64,000 nt of DNA from Octopus vulgaris (Eukaryota): positions 75,888,001 through 75,952,000 of the forward strand of contig OX597823.1 of NCBI GenBank assembly GCA_951406725.2, given 5' to 3'. The position numbers were made by a program, and so were the translations under genes. A model generated the notes under the pieces. It saw nothing but the letters and a program-made list of their open reading frames with translations, made no database searches and was not told the DNA's origin. The first letter of the stretch is position 1. The number at the start of each line of letters is the position of its first letter. This document shows positions 12,529-25,450 of the stretch, piece by piece.

Positions 12529-14802
12529 TACATATTGACTACAAGACTTAAATGTAACAAACATGTTTTATAACATTCTCAGTTAGTCGAATTAATCTGC
12601 TCAATTTAATGTTTTGGAATGATTTTGCTGAATATTTGACCAGTTCACCAATTTACTGCTTTGTACTTTATCTAAAATATATTTTTCAGAGATGTCATAT
12701 CACCCGAATTCTTCATTTTTATAATAGATTGTTTTAACATTGACATTTGGATAAATATATCGCTTTTTATAAAAGAATAGTTCTAAAACCATAATTGCAA
12801 ATATTTACTTTTCGGAAATTTCCCTTGACATTATCAAACTTAGGTTGGCATTCTTGACCTTGAAATTATATAATCAATATTCCCAAACGTTTCATCTTGA
12901 GCACAATATCATATAAAAACACACACTTAGATGAGAGTAGTAGTTTTATTTAGTCAAATGATTTAATGTGATAATTTATGAGAATGCTTAAAGAGATTCT
13001 ATTTTATCAAATATTGCTCTCAATGATTCATTAGAGTCTTCACGAGATTTGATATCAAAGATAGTAGCAAGGTTTTAGAGCCTGATTTGAAATCTACATA
13101 GAATATACAGCAAATTTATTCAACCTCTAGGAGGCCTTTCCTAGATTTCTCATTAGTGAACTTTGTGTATATTTGTATGAAAAGTAGGAGAGCAGCTTAG
13201 AGGGTTAATGCTGCAGCATTGTTTTTATTGTATTTGATGAATACATAATTATCTCGTATTAAATTCGATTTCTTACAATAATGATGTAACTTTTCTTTCA
13301 AACTACGTTTATTGCCATTTTCTTACTTGCAAGGTTGCCATAATATCCTGTCACGATCACAAATGCAGTGCATCTTTTATGTTACCGGCTAAAGTATTTG
13401 TCTACGATGTTATTTCTGTTGTTATTGTCTCTTTTAACCTCAGCCATGATAGAAAAATTATCGATATTCTCACCCTGACTAAGCCGTATATTTAGGGTTG
13501 TGTCAGACTGTAATATGCATTTCTTTTACTCCTTTTCAAAAAACTCAAAACAGATTTGTAGCTATTTCTTGTAGGTCAAGTGATTAGGTGGAAGCTCGCT
13601 TGTGAGAGAAATGCGTTGATATTTTTCATTCCTGATCATCCTTATCAAGTGGACATATGTGCAAGGCCCTCCACTCATAGCCATCTCCTCTAGCGTTTAA
13701 GCATACTATTATCAGATCATATCGACTGATATATCTGGGTACCATTTCTAATCAAAGTAGTGCGAAATGAGATGCACCTTTAAGATTCTTACGACCTCAG
13801 ATTCTGATTGGTGGAAAAATCAAAGTTATCCTAGGCTTTAACCTGTTACTTACTAAAAATTAGACTCTACTAAAGACGTTCACATTTCGCATGATCACAT
13901 TAAGCGGAAGGAACGGCTTATTCCAAGTAAGTATTTACAGAGACAGGTTTTGCAATTAAACTGCATTTATTATTAAATGCTACGCTTTATATTTGGTCGG
14001 AGATTACGGTCGGAAACCTATGCCCAGTTACCTTTCATTGATATCGACTTTACGACCATGCAATTAAGCATCAAACTTCTTTAGCATATAGCCGTGTCTA
14101 CGCCAATACCAAACATATCTTATGATAAATGATACCCACATGTTTTCTTTCTAAAATTAAAAGAAATCTTTGTTATTTAAACATTACCGTCTAGGCCCAG
14201 AAAGAAAGGCATGTGAAATTTTGAGGAGCAAAAGATTACACGTTTTATTGTTTTGCGATAATGTTCTCTGATACAAATACCTAATGCTGGTATGAACTAG
14301 TATCTTTAAGTTTTATTTTTTCTGTCGATAGTCCATCACATGTATAAATAGCTGCATAGGTTTAGATAGAGTCGCAAATGTGAATGTATGATCATAAACC
14401 AAGAAAATCATGATGGGCATGTAAACATAGATACACATGAATACATCCGTCATCTTAGACAAGGACTAAAACAATGTATAATTTTATGGTTAGATGTTCC
14501 TACATAAGTTTTCTAAAAACGAATTTGACTAAGAACAAACCAACAATAATAGGGCGTTTTCGATATGTGTATTTTAAAAGAGAACTTATACTATAGGTCA
14601 CAAATATGAATTCAATATTTATTTAATACATTGGCTAAGTATTAACTATGATTTCCATTTTGTAAATGATTTTTATTTCAAACCAATTTATCCTCTGTTT
14701 GTCTGTCTGTCTATCTGTCAGTTTTTTCTCTCTCTCTCCCTCTCTCTTTCTCTGTCTCTCTTTCCTTTTTACTCTTATTTATTAGCAGTCTCTTATTTTC
14801 CC

Positions 14803-15149
14803 TGTTTTAATTGTCGCAACAATTAGGCTGTTATCGTGCTGGGACACTCCTTTGAAGAATTTTAGTCGAGGGAATCTAATGCGATACTTATTTTTAACGG
14901 TTTGCGAATTATTATATTGGTTCTTTTGACGAACCGCCGATTACGCTTTCGTAACCGGGGTGGGGGTGAAAAAGTACACACACAAACACACACACTCGCA
15001 TACACACACATATATACACACACATATGCACATATGTATACGAAGGGCATCTTTCCTATTCCGTCTGCGTCACTTGTCCAAGGTGCCAGGAACCACGAAT
15101 GATTTCGTTGGGAATCAAACTTCTTACCACACAACCACGCCTGCACCTA
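14803..15149 (-). mobile_element. Old degenerate SINE family B copy
   Basis: Colinear but diverged match to the adjacent copy at 15211-15602. Confidence 0.7.
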
Positions 15150-15210
15150 CACGTCTGCCTCTCTCTCTCTCTTTCTCCATCCTTCTCTTTCTCTCTCTCA
15201 CCATTCGTCC

Positions 15211-15602
15211 TACTCTTACTCTTTTACTCTTTTACTTGTTTCAGTCATTTGACTGCGGCCATGCTGGAGCACCGCCTTTAGTCGAGCAAATCGACCCCAG
15301 GACTTATTCTTTGTAAGCCCAGTACTTATTCTATCGGTCTCTTTTGCCGAACCGCTAAGTGACGGGGACAACCAACATCGGTTGTCAAGCAATGCTAGGG
15401 GGACAAACACAGACACACACACTTATATATATATACATATATACGACAGGCTGCTTTCAGTTTCCGTCTACCAAATCCACTCACAAGGCATTGATCGGCC
15501 CGGGGCTATAGCAGAAGACACTTGCCCAAGATGCCACGCAGTGGGACTGAACTCGGAACCATGTGGTTGATTAGCAAGCTACTTACCACACAGCCACTCC
15601 TG
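15211..15602 (-). mobile_element. SINE family B, near full length
   Basis: Reverse complement of 23341-23826, including the (GTAAAAGA)n tail. Confidence 0.9.
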
Positions 15603-16926
15603 TTTATATTATTATTATATTCGATGTGATCAAAAGTTTTGCTTTGATTCATTCAAAACTTTTAAAATATTATTATTACCATTTTTGTGATAACCTATTT
15701 TTTGTTTTCCTTTGGCTTTTAATTTTAATTTTGGACGCCGTTAGTATTCAAAAGAAGAAGAGTGATTTCAGAACACTATTTCTTATTATAAAATATACGA
15801 AATTATTATCAACATCGTATCAAAAATACGCTTAAAATATTCAGTAAATTCAGCAGTTATTAGTTTCAGTTCCTTCTGACTGATATATGTAAGGTAAGAT
15901 TATCAAACTTCCTTCAAAGTTTCTAAGTGATATCTCCCCTTTTACTGAGGCAGATTAGGAGCAAATATACTTTTATCATCAGATCATAATTACTTTCTAA
16001 AAATTGATATAGAATTTGTCGCACACTATTCTATTGCGACGTAGTTATGATAACTGCCTTTTTATATGTTCTACACCATAAAACGATATTTGTTCTACTT
16101 TGGCTTTTAGTTCATAATATAGTCGAACCTAAATAAATTGGACAGGTATCGATTGATATATTATTATCGAAATGCGAGAGAATTATCAGTGTAAAAATTA
16201 GTTTTGTGGCGCTTTTTTTTTAGTTCATTGAATGTTCTCTCTATGTAAGTCACTCTACTACAACATTTTGCTATGAGCTTTTATCTGTTGATGAAATTTC
16301 TTTTGTGTTGTCAGACTTTGAATGAGTGAACAGTGCGATATAACTTAGCAATCCAAAAACATCTGCGTCATTCAGTTTGGATTCCTGCATGCTTAAACCG
16401 TTTGATTGTGCTGACGTTTGACTGCATAGATATGATGCCATCTGCTGAGTTAAATAACAAACATTCAATTTCTATTGCTTTGAACATATTTTCTCATTTA
16501 GTAGGAGGTTGGTTTTTTCATAAGGATTGCTAGATATGTTTCAGAGTTTGCTCATACTTGTTTCTGATTTTCCCAGCATGACACATTCATATCAGTCACC
16601 ATATTGATATTTCATAACAATGTAATAGATTAATCAGAAGAAAGAAAAAAGACTGACAACCAGCATTTGGTTATGCTTAGCCAACGTAAATTTTAATCGT
16701 TAGACCGTAACATAATCCATATCGCTTTTCCAACCCAATCAATCAAAAATAACTCCGTTTTATGGTCGCAACACATAATACTTGTCAGCCCTCCTGACCA
16801 TATTAAATCAGATATGCAATAAACATATGCAATACGTGATATAGAAATAAGAATGTCAATAATATGATAGGCACCTAGTATTTAGATATATATGGATAAT
16901 ATATTCATCCAGAAATGTACGTTTCA

Positions 16927-17506
16927 AAGGCGGCGAGCTGGCAGAAACGTTAGCACGCCGGGTGAAGTACTTAGTGGTATTTCGTCTGCGTTACGTTGTG
17001 AGTTCAAATTCCGCCGAGGTGTACTTTGCCTTTCATCCTTTCCGGGTCGATAAATTAAGTACCAGTTACGAACTGGGATCGATGTAATCGACTTAATACC
17101 TATGTCTGTCCTTGTTTGTTCCCTCTGTGTTTGGCCCCTTGTGGATAATAAAGAAATAGGTATTTCGTCTGCCGTTATGTTCTGAGTTCAAATTCCGCCG
17201 AGGTCTACTTTGCCTTTCATCCTTTCGGTGTCGATAAATTAAGTGCTTGTTACGCACTAAGGTCGATATAATCGACTTAATCCGTTTGTCTGTCCTTGCT
17301 TGTCCCCTCTGTGTTTTACCCCTTGTGGATAGTAAAGAAATAGGTATTTCGTCTGCCGTTATGTTCTGAGCTCAAATTCCTCCGAGGTCGATGAATTAAG
17401 TACCAGTTACGCATTGGGGGTCAATGTAATCGACTTAATGCCTTTGTCTGTCCTTGATTGTCCCCTCTGTGTTTAGCCCCTTGTGGGCAATAAAGAAATA
17501 AGAAAT
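16927..17506 (+). mobile_element. SINE family A trimer
   Basis: Head at 16927; units at 16976, 17159 and 17343 (third has an internal deletion). Confidence 0.9.
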
Positions 17507-18110
17507 AATATTCCACAACTGATAGAATAATAGTGGTGGCGTTGGCCAAAGACATCTACAAAAATGGTCCAATAAACTTCTAGTTGAAGTGAAAGACTGT
17601 AGTGTGTCTGCAGAATTAAATTCGAGGTTCACTTATGGCAAATTCTAGAGAAAATATATATATGAGTTTTGCATGTTATATCTCATGCTGAGCGTGTGTC
17701 ATACGTCGAGTGGTTGTAGCAATCATATATTATTATGGAAGTTGTATCTAACTTTCCTGGGTGAATGGAGGTTTAATAATATTACGGAATATTTGTACTA
17801 TCAACCGAACGATAGATATTGTCGCGTAAAACTAATTACCTACCATTATATACTAAGTTCCTGAACATAACTACCTCGTTTGAAGAAGTGAGAATAAATT
17901 TCATACTTTGTCTTTGACACTCTACTTCAGCTATTACTACAAGTCTTCATAGGATACTAGGACATGTATTGCTTTATCTAGCAGAAGCTGATCGTATTCA
18001 ATTATAATCTTTTCTTTAAATATTGAAGTTTAAGGCAATTGCAATTATATGCATGTGGTCAATTTAGCAGAACCGTTATAAAAGTAATAAGTAAATACAA
18101 AGTGTAATAC

Positions 18111-18392
18111 AGTTCTGTATGTAGGAGGTGAGAAATTCTGTACAGTAATTACATTATTTACATTCGACGGATATTTGTCCTCATCTTCTTTGTTGTTAAC
18201 ACAACGGTTCGGCTGATATAACCTCCAGCCTTCTTCAGGTATGTTGGGAAATTTCGAAACTGGGTTCTCATTCCTAAGGTATTTTTCGATGTTATTATTA
18301 ATATTATTGTTATTGTTCAGGTCACTGATTGGAATCGAACTCGGAATCTTGGGGTTAGTATCCCGTGGTTATAACCACTACGCCATATGCCC
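18111..18392 (-). mobile_element. Family H element copy 2 (tRNA head plus HHR)
   Basis: Minus strand: A box TGGCGTAGTGG, B box GTTCGATTCC, short (AAT) linker, HHR at 18198-18243, and the same tail as copy 1. Confidence 0.85.
18198..18243 (-). ncRNA. Hammerhead motif with one core substitution
   Basis: CATAC-CTGAAGA-A-GGCTG-gaggttatat-CAGCC-GAACC-GT-T-GTGTT (GAAA changed to GAAC). Confidence 0.6.
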
Positions 18393-18485
18393 ACGTGCAT
18401 AAGGCGCCATTTTTACTTACCGATTTCAATCATTTCAATGTTCTTTATGCATGTTAAGTCCCACAGCTGAAAAGACCTGAACACT

Positions 18486-18525
<40 letters not shown>

Positions 18526-18539
18526 GCAACAACAACAAC

Positions 18540-18595
<56 letters not shown>

Positions 18596-18599
18596 TAAT

Positions 18600-18884
18600 A
18601 AGGGAAGGGAACCGAAAATTATATGAGAATGATCCCTGGCTTACCATCCCTGCAAGAAGTGCAAAAGATTGTCTTAACTGGTACATCACATGTATTGAGA
18701 AGAGCATTGTCGATGTGAGAACTGTTGCTGCTCATGTATTTTAATTTAACTTTAAAAAAAAAAAAATGAACGAACTATTGAGTTTGGTTTAATGGCCTAC
18801 CAATGTATACTATGAGTTTCTTTGCCCTAGGAGTCGGGAAGACACTCGGCAAGAAATGGAAGCAAATTTGAAAGAAGAAAAAAA
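18600..18884 (+). mobile_element. R4/Dong-like LINE extreme 3' end
   Basis: Near-identical to ~32941-33225 (KGTENYMRMIPGLPSLQEVQKIVLTGTSHVLRRALSM* plus 3' UTR); flanked by (AAT)n. Confidence 0.85.
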
Positions 18885-18944
18885 TAACAATAATAATGAT
18901 AATAATAATAATAGGAATGAAAACCCATTTCAAAATTTCCCCAA

Positions 18945-18990
18945 GACACATGAAGAAGGCAAGAGGGTATATCAGCCGAAACGTTGTGTT
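18945..18990 (+). ncRNA. Hammerhead motif, C3 changed to A and stem II damaged
   Basis: GACAC-ATGAAGA-A-GGCAA-gagggtatat-CAGCC-GAAAC-GT-T-GTGTT; stem I GACAC/GTGTT is fully paired. Confidence 0.55.
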
Positions 18991-20954
18991 AACAACAAAC
19001 AAGATGAGGACAAATATCCATCGAATGCAAATAATGTAAATAATGTAAATAAGGTAAATAATAGTTTTGCATTATTATGGATCACGGAAGAATGAAATAT
19101 AACGTCTAATTCAGCATTATTTGAAATCAATTATGTAAGCCATTTGATCAACTCTGTCGATTCTTCCATCTACATCTCATCCTTTATGGTCCCATTTTAA
19201 AAATTATATACATGATATAATTAAAGTGAATATACCGCTAGAAACCGTTATTTAACTATCAATAAACTTGTATTTTTGTAAAAATTCTGATGGCATGCCT
19301 TACCGAACAAACTATTTGAATAAAAGAATTCAAATTATATTACTCTATATAAATGCATTATTGCATTTCTGAAAAGAGGAATTTCTTTATAGGAAAATAT
19401 TAAATATTGCGTTGGTATGTTTTGGTCTAATTAAGTATTCTCCTGAAAGCTTTTGTCAGAATTTTTTTTGAGAATTATCATTCCTAGTTAGAAATTTAAC
19501 TGGATGTTTTCAGTTCCAAGAGACATAAAATGCCTATAAGCTTACAGCATTTCAAAAGGATATAGATACTGTAGGAGATATAAAATTACTGCAGGATATA
19601 GCAAGTCTTTATGATATAATATTTGCGAAATTTTATTAGACTACGTAATAAAACACGAAAGTGAGAGAGAAGCCTGAAATTTGGTTCGAAAAAAGAAAAA
19701 AAGAAGAGTTTTCGGAAGAAGGAGGGAAATGTTAGAAAAAGAAAATGTGAATCGGTGAGTAAAGGGGAGAGGGAATGAAAGGATAGAAAAAGAAAGAATA
19801 GAAAGAAAAGAAGGAAGAAAAAGAAAGAAAGAATGACCTTGATGAAGAGAGAGAAGAGAAACTATTTCTGATAAGCTTAACCTACGACTGTATACGAAAA
19901 TATTCCGAAACCATCTTCTGTTGATGTTCACGTTGATGATTATGTTTTTGTTATTGCTGTTATCGAAGATAATGTTAGTAATGATGGCGATGTTAGTAAT
20001 GCTATTGGCGGTAGGCTTATAAATGGTGATTGTTTTTTTCTGATGCCGGGGTATCGCTGTAATATGTCTTCGATTGATTTAGATATTATACAGATGACCT
20101 CTGTTCGTCTAAATATCCTGACCCTGAAGTTTGCCCTCTACTTAAACCTATTTATAGCATCTACATTACATCTTATTTCTTACTAGTTCTACCCCAACAC
20201 AACCAAGTCGAATTTGATTTTCTGTAAACGATATCAGCAGTTGTTCTCTTATATCAACATCATTACCATCGTTATCAACAACATTTTAGTATCTTTTCTA
20301 AGAAGGCTGATCGAATCCTCAATAGAATAAAACATCACCTATCTAGGATTCCTGCCATATCATCTGATCAACTGAATATAATGAGAAATGACTTCGCACC
20401 ACATATACCTATGAATACACGTACATATGTATGCAAATACAAAATAATACGTACATCTCGGTCCACTAAAAACAGAAAGGGTAATATTTTTTCATACTTA
20501 TTCTATTTGTGTTTTACGATTTACTAAGCAACTTTCAACCGCGTTGAGGGAACTTCTACATAGTCGCACAGTTTTCTCTTCGAAGCAATTTGTACATCGT
20601 GCATTGACGTGCGAGAATGTGTTATTAAATTTCTTCAGATTACAATCATGAAACTACAGAACAACTGACGTATTTAAAAAGATAGTCATTTAATATTCAG
20701 AAATACTGCATTGTATTTCATTGTTACATTATTGTATTGATTGTAAGACTGATTTTTAAAGTATGTCTAACTAAATACCGCAGAGAAATTTGTCCAAGGC
20801 ATTAACGATTTTGTCAATATATATCAAAAGTTACACGAACCTTAAAAATCTTCTAGATTCTGCCATCTATTACTCACAGACTTGACGTTCGTATATTTAT
20901 CGTCCTTCAATAAATTACTTTTGACAATCACTTGTTTGATAGATGCAATTTATG

Positions 20955-20994
<40 letters not shown>

Positions 20995-23340
20995 GATAGA
21001 GAGAGTTATCCATAATGTATCTTATTAACAAGTAATTATTAAAGCTCCGCTTCCTTATATTAAGCACGTGAAGCACTAATTATATATTAGACTAGCTACC
21101 CATTAGTAATATATCAAATTCTTAAAAGAACTCAATAGTTATATACTTTGGTGGACATAAAATGAATCCATTCCTAAATATTAAAACAAAATATAAGTAC
21201 TGAGGACTCTAAGCCAAAACATATAAACGCATTGCCATAACAAATTCAGGATGAATTAGATAGACTAAATAGCAGCAATGATGCTGGTTATTTTAACTTA
21301 ATGTTATCAAAGTATTTGGTCTCCTTTGTAGCTTTCATTCACTGTAGTTGAAGTTAAATATCAAGTTAAATGTTTGTTCTATTTGTTTTTCTTCTTAGGT
21401 TTCTTTCTCTCAGTTGTTCTCTCCTTTTCGCTCTCAGCCATAAGGTTGCATATAGGGAAGCGAGAAAAAGGAAGAGAGGAGACGAAGGGAAGTAAATATG
21501 AACATATTCGAACATACGCACCCCCCCCCTTACATACACGTATATTAAATGTTTATGTTGAGTTATAACGAATTTTGCATTAAACTGAAGAATTCTTCAA
21601 TACTGCTTGTAGAGTATATATTTATCATTCTTTAACACGGACATTGTTGATAGTGACCTCGAAGTTCAGATGAAGAGCGAACAGGTTGATGAAAGATAAT
21701 AAGTCGGAGATTCGAAGTTTCTGTTAATAGCAGTCTCGTTAAAAATAGTATGCTTATACATATGACTGTGTATGCATGTAACTCTATGTGTATATCTCTT
21801 TCTAATAACATATCTTTTCAAACGTATTCACTAAAGAACTGCTTCCCACCAATCATTATCTATATCTTTACTTTCCATCACAGGCGACATCATTCATACT
21901 TCTTTGAAATCCTAGTATATTTTTATTGCTGTTTGTTTTGCTTCATCCATTGCTTCGCGGCTTAGAGGACAAAGTCTTCAACAGTGTTAGATATATAATC
22001 AAACCCTGTTGTTTTATGGTACATAATATTTTCATTTTAAAGTGGTGAAAATGCCAAATGGACACTCTTATAAAGGAAGACAATTTATACACGGATTTTA
22101 ATATCGTAGGTTAGTTATGCAGTAATGTACCTAGACGAGTTCGATACCTTGTCAAATGATAGCCATTTCACGTGATCGTGAGACATTTATAGATCACTGG
22201 ATTTAAGTGACAGAAGCTAATAAAACATTGTTGCCACTCCCTTGGCGGCCATAATAGGTTCCAGTGACAAGCATTTATTTGATGACTGGTACTATTTTTT
22301 ATTTCAAGCTTTATGATCGAGTCTTTCCCATGACTGGAAATGCATTTAACCCAAATATGAGACCCTGCATGTGCTATCGTTCGGGTCCGAAAAGACCTGG
22401 GAGTAATGGTAATTAGGGGTTGACTTGACTTCAAGCTGCCCACAACTCCAGAACTCTGGTACTGGAGCCTCACCACCGGATGAATTTTAACGTCATACTC
22501 AGGACTAATACATAGATACCTACGTACACACACAATGCACATATACACGTATGTAGCCAAATAGCACGATATATATATTTCAAAAAACTATCTCCTTAGT
22601 AAAGGGATCAAGATTAAGGAAATGCCAATTAGCTAAATCATGCTTTCGAATGTCCGTCATATAATTACTGTTGTGCCAACTAAATCAGACATAATAAAAC
22701 AAAATTTTTTTCTGTTCGATTTAACAATGACACCCAATCTTAAAAGGCTTTCGTAATCAACGAATGCTATCTGCGTCGATTTTTCCGGCAATTATCGATA
22801 TCACGATATGCTTATGCTAAAGTAAAGAAATGTATCGTCGATCTGAGAGGTTAGGATTTAGTTTCTGTTTAATTGGATGAATATATCGCGATTCCAGATA
22901 ATCGGGTATCTATTTCCAATATACATGTAAATTAAGAGGATATGAAAATAATTATACTACCAAGAGATTTAATGAATCATTGACAAGTCCATAAATTATT
23001 AGTTTAATGAGTTATTCACACATTCCTCTTGTTCACACATACATATACACACGTGCACACACGCATATATGCTAAAGTTTATATTCTCTTACATACCTGC
23101 CAAACATTTAATCCATTGGGCTGTAATTTCCCAGTTGCATGGTTTCTTAAAGGGATGTGTATAGAGCATGTCAGCTTACGGAAGTATATCATTAAGTTAA
23201 TAACATGGAAGGATATTAGCTTGCATAAATGGAACTTCTGAAATATTCACGAATTATTATTAGCATATGATGAACTAACAAGGGTTACTTTACGTGAAGA
23301 AGCAAGATACCAGCCTAATTTCAATCAAATTACAAAATAT

Positions 23341-23826
<486 letters not shown>

Positions 23827-24963
23827 ATATCGCAAAAAAAACAAAATAGCATTTGTAATGTAGTTCTAGCTGAACTCTGTAATGCGACAGAATTTCTTGT
23901 TTCACATGACTTTGAACGTAGGACTCTTGATCCAAGACCGATCTGAAAATATGCAATCACTAGGCTGCTTGCTTACAATGAACAAATATATCTTCTTTGG
24001 ATATTTCTACACAAACAATATAGTAGTGTCATTGAAACGGAAATGTATAAAGAATTGACTCAAACAGTTACCTGTGAGTGGCCATTTGGCCATTATCCAT
24101 CGTAATATTATACCAGCAGACTAACAGTTGTAGAGAGTGGTTACTAAATGGTGGAGGTCAGCATATTGCGTGAAAAATTTCTGTTTTGATCATATAAAAT
24201 TACCATGGCCTTTTTTCTACACCTTATAGTTTTACATTGTGTCACGTAAGATAATACATTTTACAGTTTAATTTTGTGGAAACAACATTTACAGCCCATT
24301 AATTCCTCATACAAATAATAATGCCGAAAATTTACGATTGATAGTAATTTTAACGAGGAAATCTTATTTTACGTGTATGTTGATTATAATTATTTTGTTT
24401 ATGCAATATTTTATACAATATTACTACGCCATTAGTGTTTCGGAATCCTTTGAAGGCATAGTAGAATAATAGAACAATTTCTTTTCTTTCCCTTATCAAG
24501 GTACAAGTAAATATAATTTAATGCACGGCTGTGGCATAAATGTTGGGATCCAGTTAAAGTTTACTATAATCTAGAGAATACTTCAGATGATGCCGTTTTA
24601 TCCTCTCGTATGTATTTGCATAAACTTAAATATTCATATCTAGTTGAAGCTTAATATTCTCTTCTATGTTGTTAATGAAATATATAGCTTAGGATATAAT
24701 ATAATTCCTTAGTAATTTTGAGTTTGCGGTAAAAACTTGGTACCCATTAATTCAGTTTTATGAAAATCCTCTCTTAAATTAACGCATTCCTACCAAACTT
24801 ATATTAATACGCCAAAATTGAGTTACATGTCTGCCTTTTTGGGATGCTGACATACATGATATTTTGTTATGTAATGATCTGAAGTATTTGGGGCTTAACT
24901 CATCCGAAACATTATTTTTGTGTGTTTGAACTCTTAGCAACTATTTGCTTTAGTTCACTTCAA

Positions 24964-25181
24964 TTACTCTTTTACTCTTTTATTTGCTTCAGTCAATTGA
25001 CTACGGCTATGCTGGAGTACCGTCTTTTAGTCGAGCAAATCGACGCCAGGAATTGTTCTTTGTAAGCCTAGTACTTATTCTATCGGTCTGTTTTGCCAAA
25101 CTGCTAAATTACGGGGACATAAACACACCACGATCCGTTGTCAAGCGATGTTAAAGGGACAAACACTGCAGTCAAACACAC

Positions 25182-25220
<39 letters not shown>

Positions 25221-25450
25221 ACACACACACACAAACACACACACATATATATATCTATATATGTATATATATATATATTCATATATACGACGGGCTTTTT
25301 TCAGTTTCCGTCTAAGAAATCTACTCACAGGGTTTTGGTCGGCCCGAGCCTATAGTAGAAGACACTTGCCCAAAGTGTCACGCAGTGGGACTGAACCCGG
25401 AACCATGTGGTTGGCAAGCAAGCTACATACCATACAGTCACTCCTGCGCC
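24964..25450 (-). mobile_element. SINE family B, full length
   Basis: Reverse complement of 23341-23826. Confidence 0.9.

Larger units (their letters stand above)
18474..19062 (+). mobile_element. Family H element copy 3, split by a LINE insertion in its (AAT)n linker
   Basis: GACCTGAACACTAACAA at 18474 matches the copy-2 head/linker junction at 16 of 17 nt. The body resumes at 18912 (TAGGAATGA...), with the HHR at 18945-18990. Confidence 0.75.

Noticed and set aside
6487-17506. Regularly spaced repeats as a CRISPR array or satellite
   Set aside because: Whole ~184-bp units repeat with no unique spacers, there are no cas genes, and dispersed monomers exist; these are SINE multimers.
18318-18392. 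Functional tRNA genes here and at 775, 23341 and 44794
   Set aside because: A/B boxes are present but I could not fold complete cloverleaves with acceptor stems, and they are attached to SINE bodies.
18421-18466. Possible minus-strand 46-nt exon (LWDLTCIKNIEMIEI) with AG/GTAAGT signals
   Set aside because: It lies inside a repeat junction, has a short polypyrimidine tract, and has no recognisable homology; unsupported.
22365-22506. GC-richer segment that looks like a dispersed repeat
   Set aside because: Single occurrence in the window, with no ribozyme core or promoter boxes I can verify.
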